A model generated the notes under the pieces. It saw only the letters and a list, made by a program, of their open reading frames with translations, was not told where the DNA came from and did not search any database. Position numbers and translations under genes: made by a program. Source: Patescibacteria group bacterium (lineage in GTDB: Bacteria; Patescibacteriota; WWE3; JAUXAW01; JAYEID01). Taken from it: a DNA stretch of 59,686 nt. The stretch spans positions 1-59,686 of the forward strand of contig JAYEID010000012.1 in assembly GCA_034659915.1 (NCBI GenBank). The letters run 5' to 3'. Positions 8,162 through 16,405 of this stretch are shown one piece after another. Every line of letters starts with the position of its first letter. Position 1 is the first letter of the stretch.

Positions 8162-8740
8162 TTACACTTCTTTTTTAATAAGCTGGCGAATAAACTCCGA
8201 CTTGCTTACCGAGTTTCTCTCAGTAGCTTCATTAAGCATTTTGTCAATTTCTGGCGAGATGTAAAAAGTAAATCTGCGATTAAAAGTATTTTTTACTTCT
8301 TCCAAACACCAATCCAAAACATCTTCCAAAATGTCCTCATCGTAAGCAGACTTAATTAATCGGCTGGAATCAGCCCCGTTTGCAAAAATAGGATTCCTAT
8401 TACTTTTGTAAATTAGTATGGTCGGTTTTTGCTGGGAAACAAGTTGTCCCAGCTGATACCCAGTGTGGATCGAGGATGGATACGAACCTTCAACAACTGC
8501 GCAGTCAGCTTTTGCCATCTGTGAAAACCACTCCTTACTCAACTCATTAAGCTTAAACTCAGGCAAGTTGCTAAATTCCTTTACATCCCCTGAATATAGT
8601 GCTTTGTAAACATCATGGCCTTGACCTTCTAAATAATTTACAATTCTTTCGTAGATATGCTGAAAGTCCGCTTTTTGTTCTTGCGAAGCTGTAAAATATA
8701 TTTTCATCTTTTCTTTACTCCCTAATAAAAAAGCTCCCAT
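8162..8740 (-). CDS. DNPH1/NDT-like domain fused to a C-terminal ribbon-helix-helix domain
   Basis: KIYFTAS...ADCAVVEGSYPSSIHTGYQLGQLVSQQKPTILIY resembles the DNPH1/Rcl core (YFCGS...PSLGVGYELG). The C-terminus RFTFYISPEIDKMLNEATERNSVSKSEFIRQLI is RHH-like. The likely true start is the ATG at 8707 (MKIYFTAS), preceded by AGGGAG. Confidence 0.75.
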   Translation of the reverse strand: MGAFLLGSKEKMKIYFTASQEQKADFQHIYERIVNYLEGQGHDVYKALYSGDVKEFSNLPEFKLNELSKEWFSQMAKADCAVVEGSYPSSIHTGYQLGQLVSQQKPTILIYKSNRNPIFANGADSSRLIKSAYDEDILEDVLDWCLEEVKNTFNRRFTFYISPEIDKMLNEATERNSVSKSEFIRQLIKKEV

Positions 8741-8750
8741 TAAGGGAGCT
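8727..8750 (-). terminator. hairpin AGCTCCC-TTAAT-GGGAGCT plus U-run in the leader of 8162..8707
   Basis: 7-bp stem followed by TTTTTT on the minus strand. The upstream in-frame ATG (8740) lies in its loop. Confidence 0.45.
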
Positions 8751-8778
8751 CAAACCGCGGATTTTCTATATTTCCGCG

Positions 8779-8812
8779 AAAAAAAAAAAAAAAAGCTCCC
8801 TTTTGCGGGAGC
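8779..8812 (-). terminator. strong intrinsic terminator (GCTCCC-GCAAAA-GGGAGC plus a 16-nt U-run)
   Basis: Read on the minus strand this is a perfect 6-bp GC stem followed by the 8779-8794 A-run (T-run on minus). Confidence 0.75.
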
Positions 8813-8858
8813 GTCCAAGAATTATCAAGGTGCTAGTCACTATTCACTTGTTATCAAC

Positions 8859-8887
8859 TTTATAGCACAAAGAGTTTTGGTTGTCAA
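8859..8887 (-). promoter_or_regulatory. near-consensus sigma70 promoter TTGACA-N17-TATAAA
   Basis: On the minus strand the -35 is at 8882-8887 and the -10 at 8859-8864, with a 17-nt spacer. It points toward the 8779-8812 terminator about 45-75 nt away. Confidence 0.55.
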
Positions 8888-9018
8888 ACGTTTTTTACAT
8901 AACATAACATTCATCTGCTCTAAGCCAGAATTGATCATACCCATGCACAAGCCAAAAGTTTGTGCTACCCTAAATTCAAAGCAAAACAAAACAAACCTAA
9001 AAGGGGGTGAATTTATGT

Positions 9019-9261
9019 ATGGTTAAAATAAGAAAGAAAGATAATAGCTTGGAAGATTTTGACCGCGAAAAGCTTCGCCGAAGTGTTTTGGCAGCTGGAC
9101 TTTCAAAGGAAAATGCTAATGATGTTACTAACCAAATTGAAACCTGGGTACAGCAAAGCGAGGATGTCGTCTCCACTGCCCAAATTCGGTCAAAAGTGAT
9201 TAACTTTATGGAATCCAAAAATCCAGAAGCTGCTAAAAACTACAAAAGCTACAAAAAATAA
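9019..9261 (+). CDS. stand-alone ATP-cone domain protein
   Basis: MVKIRKKDNSLEDFDREKLRRSVLAAGLS...VSTAQIRSKVINFM matches the ATP-cone pattern of NrdR/RNR N-termini. SD AAGGGGGTG upstream. The ORF track starts at the GTG at 9007. Confidence 0.8.
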   Translation: MVKIRKKDNSLEDFDREKLRRSVLAAGLSKENANDVTNQIETWVQQSEDVVSTAQIRSKVINFMESKNPEAAKNYKSYKK

Positions 9262-9265
9262 ATTT

Positions 9266-9282
9266 AGACCTCTAAGGTCTAA
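9266..9282. repeat. AGACCT-stem palindrome (TAGACCTCTAAGGTCTA), terminator-like
   Basis: Immediately after the ATP-cone stop. The same stem recurs at 16971, 17061 and 59419, and in the composite repeats. Confidence 0.5.
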
Positions 9283-9450
9283 CAGCCGCTACCCTACAGG
9301 GAGTTTCAATTGCTTGCACACTTTTTTACACTCTTTTAGTTGTTAGTTTATTTCTGAGAGTTCTTTTGAGTACAAAACTAAAAAGGCAATCAAAGGTAAT
9401 ACCTTTGCGAGCAACCACTTACACAGCACTGGGTAGCACACTCCTCGTAC

Positions 9451-10686
9451 CTACTTGGCCAAAACTATAGCAATGGGAAGTTCTCTCCCCGGACCTACTG
9501 CATATTTACCGTTAATATAAAGGGCAGAACTTGCCCCGCCGTCCAAATTCAAGGCGTCCCTTGCTCCCAAAGCTTTCATCGCATAAGCCGATTCTGGCAC
9601 AGTCGCCCCATTAACAAGCGCTAGGTAAAGGTTACTACCATCCACACCAATTGCTCCTCTTAATCCGCGAATATCAGTCTGGTAAGAAGTAAGGTCATCT
9701 ATATCTACCACAACTTCACCTTCTGACAAGAGAGTAGGATAATTAGAAAGCCCAGCAGAACCCGCCTCGCCACCATAATCAGAAGATCTCTGGTAAAACT
9801 TTGCTGAGCTATCTTTAAACGTGGCTAAACCCGTCTTGCTCCAGCTTAGAGCTTCTTTTTGCAACCACCGCCCATTACTAGAATTGTAAAATGCAAAATC
9901 AGTAGAATTTGTTTTATTGGCACAGGTAACGTAATCCGGGGGGCAAAAATAACTAGCACTCATCCCCGCATAACCGCCGTGATCTTTAATATGCTCTTCC
10001 AGAGGTTTAACTGGACAGTTGTCATAACAAGTATCTTCGCTTGCTGAAGAAGTTACTACCCGCACATCAGAAAGAGCAACTTTCACCAAATGCACTCCAA
10101 AGCTTCCTCTCTCTGTATTTACAGTAACAAAGTCGTACCCTTCAATGTCAGAACGAGGAACTTCCCGGGGACGGAGTGACGCCAAGTATTCTTCGTGATC
10201 ATCATCTAAAGAACTTATTATATCCAGCATATTCTCTTTTAAAACATCGAAGTCTTTCTCCAAGAGCAATCCCTCCAAATCTTCCATTTCTTCTAATTCG
10301 TGAGCCACATCTAAGCCTAGTTCCTCATTTCTCTCCAAGTTCAACTTAAGAGAATTGTAAAGGCTGTATATTTCCTTCATCTCCAAATATTCCTTATTTT
10401 CTTCTTTTTCCGATAACTCAGTAAGTTCCTCTTCCAACTTAGATGCTTTTGATTCAACCTTAATTTTTTCAATGTGCCTTAAGTGATCTTCATAAATACT
10501 TCTTTCATAACTTTCTTCTTTCCGACTCAATTCTTGTGATAGGCTTTCCAAGCGCTGATTAACACTTTTTAACTCATGAAAAAGATAATTAACTGTATAA
10601 CCAAAAGACCCCACTATCACCAAAAACACAAATCCAATCAATACTATTTTTCTAGCCCAAATTTTTTGAAGTAGGGAACTCTCCAT
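9451..10686 (-). CDS. membrane-anchored coiled-coil protein with a C-terminal phosphodiester glycosidase (DUF2233/NAGPA-like) domain
   Basis: N-terminal TM helix and an E/K-rich coiled coil. The C-terminus RGAIGVDGSNLYLALVNGATV...ALNLDGGASSALYING is typical of DUF2233. Confidence 0.7.
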   Translation of the reverse strand: MESSLLQKIWARKIVLIGFVFLVIVGSFGYTVNYLFHELKSVNQRLESLSQELSRKEESYERSIYEDHLRHIEKIKVESKASKLEEELTELSEKEENKEYLEMKEIYSLYNSLKLNLERNEELGLDVAHELEEMEDLEGLLLEKDFDVLKENMLDIISSLDDDHEEYLASLRPREVPRSDIEGYDFVTVNTERGSFGVHLVKVALSDVRVVTSSASEDTCYDNCPVKPLEEHIKDHGGYAGMSASYFCPPDYVTCANKTNSTDFAFYNSSNGRWLQKEALSWSKTGLATFKDSSAKFYQRSSDYGGEAGSAGLSNYPTLLSEGEVVVDIDDLTSYQTDIRGLRGAIGVDGSNLYLALVNGATVPESAYAMKALGARDALNLDGGASSALYINGKYAVGPGRELPIAIVLAK

Positions 10687-10824
10687 ATTAGATATATTAC
10701 TACGTTAACCAAACATATAAAAGCAAGCTTACACCGTAGGTCCTTTATAGCATCTTAGTGAAATCTACAAAACAAACACCGAAACGGCGTATCAAACTAA
10801 GTTAAAGCCTGAGCTGAGTAAATA

Positions 10825-10930
10825 GGGGAAGTGGTCTTTACTATTGAACTTGAAATTAAAACAAAGTAAGCAACTTTATGGAAGTCGGAAAACCCGAAGC
10901 TGTTGAAACCAATCAAAACTACAAAAATAA
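10825..10930 (+). pseudogene. decayed duplicate of the ATP-cone gene 3' end
   Basis: AACTTTATGGAAGTCGGAAAACCCGAAGCTGTTGAAACC..AAAACTACAAAAATAA aligns with 9207-9261 of the intact gene. A frameshift and stops lie upstream. Confidence 0.55.
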
Positions 10931-10933
10931 GGA

Positions 10934-11001
10934 GGAAAGAGTAGAACTTTCGTTCTTGCTTAGTGGCCATAAGCTTTATCTCCGCAAGGAGTACTCTTCC
11001 C
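10934..11001. ncRNA. 68-nt cloverleaf-like structured element, copy B
   Basis: Same architecture as 7699..7766. Hairpins are GAAC-TTTC-GTTC, GCTTA-GTGGCCA-TAAGC (C-G to T-A double change versus copy A) and CTCC-GCAA-GGAG. Confidence 0.55.
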
Positions 11002-11090
11002 TTAAACTAGCCACACGTATCTGAGTTTGGCATCTCTATGCCTCTTCCTTATTGGTCCGCGCCTTAAACTAAGACAACCAGCTCTATATG

Positions 11091-11273
11091 CTAGTCATCA
11101 TCCGAACCATCACTGTCCGAACCATCACTATCCGGATCAGGGCAAGGCGATCGGCCGCCAGCCTCTTCGAAGCACCAATTTGCAGCCACCGCATCCTGCT
11201 CACTAGTGTGGACGCGACCATCCGCCGAAATGTAAAGATCTCGCCCTCCTTCATCCTTATCATCTGGGCACAC
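11091..11273 (-). CDS. small acidic Cys-containing protein (60 aa), hypothetical
   Basis: GTG start 9 nt after AAGGAGG. C-terminal DSDGSDSDGSDDD is encoded by a 15-bp tandem repeat. Other frames are also open. Confidence 0.35.
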   Translation of the reverse strand: MCPDDKDEGGRDLYISADGRVHTSEQDAVAANWCFEEAGGRSPCPDPDSDGSDSDGSDDD

Positions 11274-11543
11274 CGCAACTCACCTCCTTTAACCCCGTTC
11301 TCTTCCGCTCCAAACCCAAAGCGCGCCAAACTTGCTCTCAGTATAGTAAACAAAAATAGGTTAAACTTATCACAAAAATATACAGCCAAAGAGAAGGAAA
11401 ACAGAAAAGACCAACTGCTTAAAAAGCCCTAGAAACAGTAACTATGTAAAACATTAATCACATTTTTGTTACAACACAAAGCCTTTTGCAAGAATAGGTT
11501 TTTAACTTGAATTTCTAATCACAAGTGTTAATCTGTTCAAAAT

Positions 11544-12980
11544 ATGAAAAACAAGGTCCGAATTGCTTTTTTTGCTGATCCTCACATTAAGCACAGGAAA
11601 ATCCAATCCCAAACCGACTTTGGCGCCCCTAGCAAATGGCTACCCCGCAAAGCAATCCGCGCTCTTAACGATATAAAACCTAATTATATTTTTGGACTGG
11701 GAGATCTCACTGCTACAGGGCACAAAAAGGACTGGCAAGGATACAAGAGATGGGTCCAAAAGTTAGAAGCTCCTGTCTTTGACCTCATGGGCAACCATGA
11801 CCGCGACTACACGATATTTCAATCTCACAATTACGGAGAAGGCTTTTTCACTGTTTTGGGAAGAGTATCTGCTACCAAGGCAGTGAAGATTGGAAACTTA
11901 ATCTTTATTCTTATCTCGGAAGAGCACGACCCAGAAGGAAACAAAAAACTCTTGACTTCTACAGTACCACTAAGAACCTTCGAATTTATTGAAAAAATAC
12001 TAAAAAAATACTCCCCAGACCATAATATCTTTGTTCTCAGCCACACCTTGCTTCGAGGGACAACTGCACTCTCTAATGATTGGTCATTTAACGATATCAA
12101 CGATTGGAAAACTATTTCCGAAAGATTTTTCCAGCTGTTTGAAAAATATCCCGTGGTAGCGCATTTAACAGGGCATGCGCATATTGACTACCGCTACCGC
12201 GCAAAGCTAAAAGATATTGGTGAAAAAAAGTATAAACAAAAAGTAGGAAAGTTTATAAATGGAAAGGATTTTGAAAGCTTACCTAATACCCACTTTTTAA
12301 ACATGCCTTGCGTAGATACTGCCCACGGTTGGATTGGAAGCAACTTCGCACTACTACGAAAGCTGGGTAAAGCAACAGCTAAAGCTAAGCGCTCTCCATT
12401 CCGCTGGCTGTATATTCAACTAGAAGAAAAGGGACCACCTATCTTTGACATTTTGTACACTTCAAAAATTCACTATATCCTAGGCAGACCGGCTGTCTAT
12501 TACTTGGACGTGGTTCCTGGAAAAGATACTATAAAAATAATCACTCGGTGGGTAGGAAAGAATAAGGATACAGAACAGTACAATGTGGATCTAAAAATCC
12601 CAATTGAGCTTGGAATAACACCACACGCAGAGGTTATTAGCACTGCTCTTAGCTTACAAAACAAAGAAAACCTCCAGATCACTAGAGACAACTGGTTTCA
12701 GATCCCAGCTAGTAAAAAAGGTTGGGGAATCTTTTCGCAAAGATTTACAAAAATGAGAGAATTAATTGGGATCAAAGTAGATGCAAAAAACCTAGAAGAC
12801 TACACTGTCTGGTGGCAAGGCAGTACAACCAAAGGTAAAACCTGGACAACAGAATGGACAAGGACCTTCTCAGAACTAGGTAAGGTCAACGCTGTTAAAA
12901 TAAAAGTTGAGTTCCAAGCGGAAAAATCACCTGCAAAAATAAAAGACATCATAATAAAAACTAAAAAGCCAGCCTCCTGA
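11544..12980 (+). CDS. calcineurin-like metallophosphoesterase with an unknown C-terminal domain
   Basis: Motifs in order: FFADPH, GLGDLTATG, GNHD, LSHT, GHAH. Confidence 0.8.
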   Translation: MKNKVRIAFFADPHIKHRKIQSQTDFGAPSKWLPRKAIRALNDIKPNYIFGLGDLTATGHKKDWQGYKRWVQKLEAPVFDLMGNHDRDYTIFQSHNYGEGFFTVLGRVSATKAVKIGNLIFILISEEHDPEGNKKLLTSTVPLRTFEFIEKILKKYSPDHNIFVLSHTLLRGTTALSNDWSFNDINDWKTISERFFQLFEKYPVVAHLTGHAHIDYRYRAKLKDIGEKKYKQKVGKFINGKDFESLPNTHFLNMPCVDTAHGWIGSNFALLRKLGKATAKAKRSPFRWLYIQLEEKGPPIFDILYTSKIHYILGRPAVYYLDVVPGKDTIKIITRWVGKNKDTEQYNVDLKIPIELGITPHAEVISTALSLQNKENLQITRDNWFQIPASKKGWGIFSQRFTKMRELIGIKVDAKNLEDYTVWWQGSTTKGKTWTTEWTRTFSELGKVNAVKIKVEFQAEKSPAKIKDIIIKTKKPAS

Positions 12981-13104
12981 CACCGTTAGGTAAACTTCTT
13001 TTAGCCTATTCTAAACTCTCACTTTCTCATATGTTATCCTAAATGTTAGAGGACCTTCACAATTAAAAAGTTCAGTCGCAGAAGAACAAGAAAAGGAGCG
13101 TGAC

Positions 13105-15036
13105 ATGAGTAGGTCGAAAGCTGTCCTTAGTATAACCCTTATCATTAGTATACTGCTAGCACCCGTAGTAGGGTGGGGAGCAGTACCACTCCAAGCTTCA
13201 AAGCCTGTTGATAGTTTTAACTTGGAGATCGATATCGAAAATGACGGGAGTATTACTATCCGCGAACTGGAGGTGGGGGATCTAGATATTTCAATCCCGG
13301 TAGACGGAGAAGAGGTTGAAATGCATCTGGATGGACTCCAGTTACGAAACATAAGCACCCGTACCTTGGGAAAACTACTTGCCAACTATGGTATTGAAAC
13401 CGAGATTCCAGAATTTACCCTGGACCCTCAGCAGGTAAGGGTACTGGTAGGTTATGGAGTTGAACACCTTGGGCTACGCAAAGTATCCCACGGAGCATGG
13501 CAAGAGCTAAGCCTCTACATCAACAACACCAAGTCTTTAGAAGCAGGTTTTGCAGATGAGACTCTAGACCTCCTGCTTACAGAAATGCGGTTAAGAAAAG
13601 AGGAAGCAGAGATGCTTAGAAGCTTTCTCTTGAAAGGCGCGGGGCAATTACTAGTTAACCTACCCAAGGCAGAAACAAAACCCTTATTCACCGACCAAGT
13701 CGAGGCTGAGAACAACCCACCGTTAAACACGGTGAGAGTAGGCGCTACACTCTCAGGAACAACTTCTGCTGGGGAAATAATCTCAGTGGGAGGAATAACC
13801 TTCGAGGAAGCAAACAAGGTACTACAAGGTATGGGCATCCCAACCCGTTGGCCCTTCTTAGTAGCCAACCCGTTAACAATCCTAGAGACGGAAACCCTAA
13901 TAGCCAATGCAGGCAGAAACGGATTCCGACTGGAGAGCAACAACGGGCACTGGGCTCAAATAAGGTGGGACCAAGAAGGACGAGAAGCCCTATACAACAT
14001 AGCCCCTGTTGCCTTCGACCTGGCAGAACAGTACAACTACAAGCTCCCTGTTTCGGCAGAAGAAGTTGCGACTGCTGCCTCGCTAGCAGAAGTTGCGCTG
14101 CCCAAAACAGAGCTGGTGCTTACTATTCACAACAGCACAGCACAGGTGGAAAGCAGCCCCAAAATCAAGGTTGGCCAAGTGCTGACATTCGAACTAGACA
14201 AGAGCGGCAATATCTTGCTTAACGGTGTTCCAGCGGGAACAACCTTCCTGGATTACAATTGGCTTGACTATCTAGGACCGGTTGCTGTTAGTTGGGACGG
14301 AGAAGCAAGGGAAGTCCGCTACACTGCAGATGAAGTAGCTTTACCACCAATATTTGTAGCCGAAGATGCTGCTGTCCAAGCAGGTGAAATTGCAGCCAAG
14401 AGCTTCCCGAATAGTCCAACGCTTGCGGAAGCTCCCTGGTCTAAGCTAGATAACTTGCTAGCAAACACCAGCTTAACAGGGATTGTTCTAACCACAGCCG
14501 GAGAAGCGCCCAAAGAGCTGAACTTGGAATACAGTGCAAAAAGTAGCATCGAGCCGCAAACAAGTGTTCTCCCTTCCTTGGCTTTGGATAGGGAAGGGAA
14601 TATTGCACTGGGAAGCGATAAGGCAGCTCTCAACCTAACGCCCTACTTGGAAGAGAATGGCATATCTCTAACAGAGATAGCAAGCCTAGTTCCGCTAGGT
14701 ATTAAAGATGCCAGACTCTCTGTAGATTCCAACCAAGTGGGCATCAACCTCAACGGGGCAAGTAACCCTATAATAGGTCTGCGTTGGGATTACGGATTAC
14801 GGAAGAACGCTTTCAACACAGCAGACAAGGCATTTGGCGTGCGAAACTTCGTAAACCTCACAACCTACGGGATCGCAGACGCAATATTCCCTTACTGGGA
14901 GGAAACCGCCACCGAAATGGTTGCAGGGGGTCGCGGGTTCCAGTGGGGAATCCGAGTGATCATGGTAGAGAATGTAGAAGAGCTACCATCCTCACCCGCC
15001 GAGAACCTTCTCAAAAGACTAGGCATTACGCCCTAG
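13105..15036 (+). CDS. secreted hypothetical protein (643 aa)
   Basis: N-terminal signal-like segment MSRSKAVLSITLIISILLAPVVGWGAVPLQA. Visibly GC-richer and poorer in K/N than its neighbours. No known motif. Confidence 0.7.
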   Translation: MSRSKAVLSITLIISILLAPVVGWGAVPLQASKPVDSFNLEIDIENDGSITIRELEVGDLDISIPVDGEEVEMHLDGLQLRNISTRTLGKLLANYGIETEIPEFTLDPQQVRVLVGYGVEHLGLRKVSHGAWQELSLYINNTKSLEAGFADETLDLLLTEMRLRKEEAEMLRSFLLKGAGQLLVNLPKAETKPLFTDQVEAENNPPLNTVRVGATLSGTTSAGEIISVGGITFEEANKVLQGMGIPTRWPFLVANPLTILETETLIANAGRNGFRLESNNGHWAQIRWDQEGREALYNIAPVAFDLAEQYNYKLPVSAEEVATAASLAEVALPKTELVLTIHNSTAQVESSPKIKVGQVLTFELDKSGNILLNGVPAGTTFLDYNWLDYLGPVAVSWDGEAREVRYTADEVALPPIFVAEDAAVQAGEIAAKSFPNSPTLAEAPWSKLDNLLANTSLTGIVLTTAGEAPKELNLEYSAKSSIEPQTSVLPSLALDREGNIALGSDKAALNLTPYLEENGISLTEIASLVPLGIKDARLSVDSNQVGINLNGASNPIIGLRWDYGLRKNAFNTADKAFGVRNFVNLTTYGIADAIFPYWEETATEMVAGGRGFQWGIRVIMVENVEELPSSPAENLLKRLGITP

Positions 15037-15108
15037 CTATACAAGCGGAAGGAAAAATGTAAGGTCCTCAAAAAGGAAAAAGAAGAGAAGACACGTTCCT
15101 GACTCACA

Positions 15109-15141
15109 AAGCCTTGGCCACCCCTGCCAAGGCTTTTTTTC
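15109..15141 (+). terminator. intrinsic terminator AAGCCTTGGC-N7-GCCAAGGCTT plus T-run
   Basis: 10-bp perfect stem followed by TTTTTTT, 70 nt after the 643-aa ORF stop. Confidence 0.8.
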
Positions 15142-15337
15142 TGGAAAAGGCTAAGCCTCTTAGTTCTTTGCTATACCCCAATTCAGCAACCCAATTTAAA
15201 TACTTAAAACTAAGTCCTCTAAAAATAATTATTCAGATAATATGACTATTGAAACTTCCTAGCTTCTAATATATAATGAGGCCTACGATATAGGCTAGAT
15301 CTATTGGCCGACCATCGGGTGGGAAGAACTCCCACTT

Positions 15338-15352
15338 TTGCTCAATCTTGGC
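15338..15352. repeat. left arm of a 15-bp perfect inverted repeat (TTGCTCAATCTTGGC)
   Basis: Its exact reverse complement occurs at 15957..15971. The pair brackets the whole 15390..15941 CDS. Confidence 0.8.
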
Positions 15353-15389
15353 ACCTAAACAAACATATTCCTAAGGAGGGAAAAAGTAC

Positions 15390-15941
15390 ATGCGGAAGAT
15401 ACTAGCAGTATTGATAGTTCTGACATTGGCACTTACGATCACATCTTCAGCCTTGGCCGACGGTGAAGAGTACACCGAAGGCATTGCCGACAACCCCCAC
15501 AAGATCCGCAACAAGTGGGATCTGTCGGGAACCTTCGAAACGCGCTCCGGATACGATTGGGGAGGGCTTGCTGAAGGAACTTGGACGTACAAGTTCCATA
15601 TCAAAGAAGCAATGGACGGAGAGTACTCCGTCGGCTCGATCCACTTCATTAATGGTGATATCGATGTCGTTGCTCATGTAGAAGCAACGGCAAGGGATTA
15701 CGGTTATTGGAGTGGAAATGAGGGCAACCTCGCAGCAGTAGGCACTACCAACTACAACGACACCACCTATTACTTCATGTTTTTGTACGGGGAACGTTCC
15801 GTCTGGATGGCTCTAAGTACCACCCCTTACGATTCGTACTGGGCTAACCAGACCGTATGGGGAAGTTCCCTGCGAGCATACCAAGTCCACAGCCCCAACA
15901 CCTACGACTTCCCACTCGACTACAAGATGATCAACCAGTAG
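15390..15941 (+). CDS. secreted hypothetical protein (183 aa)
   Basis: SD AAGGAGGG. Signal peptide MRKILAVLIVLTLALTITSSALA. Aromatic and beta-rich mature part. Confidence 0.75.
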   Translation: MRKILAVLIVLTLALTITSSALADGEEYTEGIADNPHKIRNKWDLSGTFETRSGYDWGGLAEGTWTYKFHIKEAMDGEYSVGSIHFINGDIDVVAHVEATARDYGYWSGNEGNLAAVGTTNYNDTTYYFMFLYGERSVWMALSTTPYDSYWANQTVWGSSLRAYQVHSPNTYDFPLDYKMINQ

Positions 15942-15956
15942 TGATCAGCAACATCA

Positions 15957-15971
15957 GCCAAGATTGAGCAA
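15957..15971. repeat. right arm of the 15-bp inverted repeat (GCCAAGATTGAGCAA)
   Basis: Perfect complement of 15338..15352, 16 nt after the stop codon. Confidence 0.8.
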
Positions 15972-15974
15972 CCA

Positions 15975-16033
15975 AAGGTGAGGAGAGGCAACAAGCCTCT
16001 TTGCGCATACGCGCCCTCACCTTGTTTTTTTTT
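15975..16033 (+). terminator. compound terminator (AAGGTGAGG...CCTCACCTT plus T9)
   Basis: 9-bp outer stem encloses the small hairpins GAGGC-AACAA-GCCTC and GCGC-ATAC-GCGC, followed by GTTTTTTTTT. Confidence 0.65.
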
Positions 16034-16039
16034 AAAACT

Positions 16040-16218
16040 TACTAAGCAGAGCTGCCCTTCCATCCAAATTTAAGACATCTCTTGCCCCGAAACTTTCATT
16101 TCATAAACCGCCTCGGGCACTGTTGAATCACTAACAAACGCCAGATAAAGACTATTACCATCTACATCAATTGCGCCTCTTAGTCCGCAAACATCAGTTT
16201 GGTAAGAAGTTAGATTAA
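16040..16218 (-). pseudogene. fragment of a second phosphodiester glycosidase gene (paralog of 9451..10686)
   Basis: DNA aligns with 9520-9700. The minus strand reads NLTSYQTDVCGLRGAIDVDGNSLYLAFVSDSTVPEAVYEMK.., then an in-frame stop where LNLDGG is expected. The 5' part is absent. Confidence 0.6.
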
Positions 16219-16405
16219 CTAACAATATTTCCTTATACTACTACGCTATTAGCTTTCAGAAAAGCAATTAACTCGGGAGGTAGCAACTTCTTTACAAATA
16301 GTGTACAATAACCGTCTGCAACTTAGAGATTTTAACTTAAAATCTCCAAGTAAATTAGCTTTAGTGCACAGAAGTTCAAATAAAAAGGAGAGCTCGTTGA
16401 GTACA

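Noticed and set aside
11084-11432. Alternative frames 11084..11389(-) and 11088..11432(+) overlapping the small acidic ORF
   Set aside because: This is the same GC-rich effect. These frames lack a well-spaced SD and give repetitive Arg/Val/Met-rich sequence generated by the 15-bp tandem repeat. Even the retained frame is given low confidence.
13011-14633. Antisense and off-frame ORFs inside long genes (for example 13011..13385-, 13515..13943-, 13848..14222+, 14319..14633-, 47592..48074+, 28606..29103+)
   Set aside because: They are fully embedded in longer ORFs that carry recognisable motifs or signal peptides. They have skewed Ser/Arg/Pro-rich composition typical of the wrong frame of GC-richer genes.
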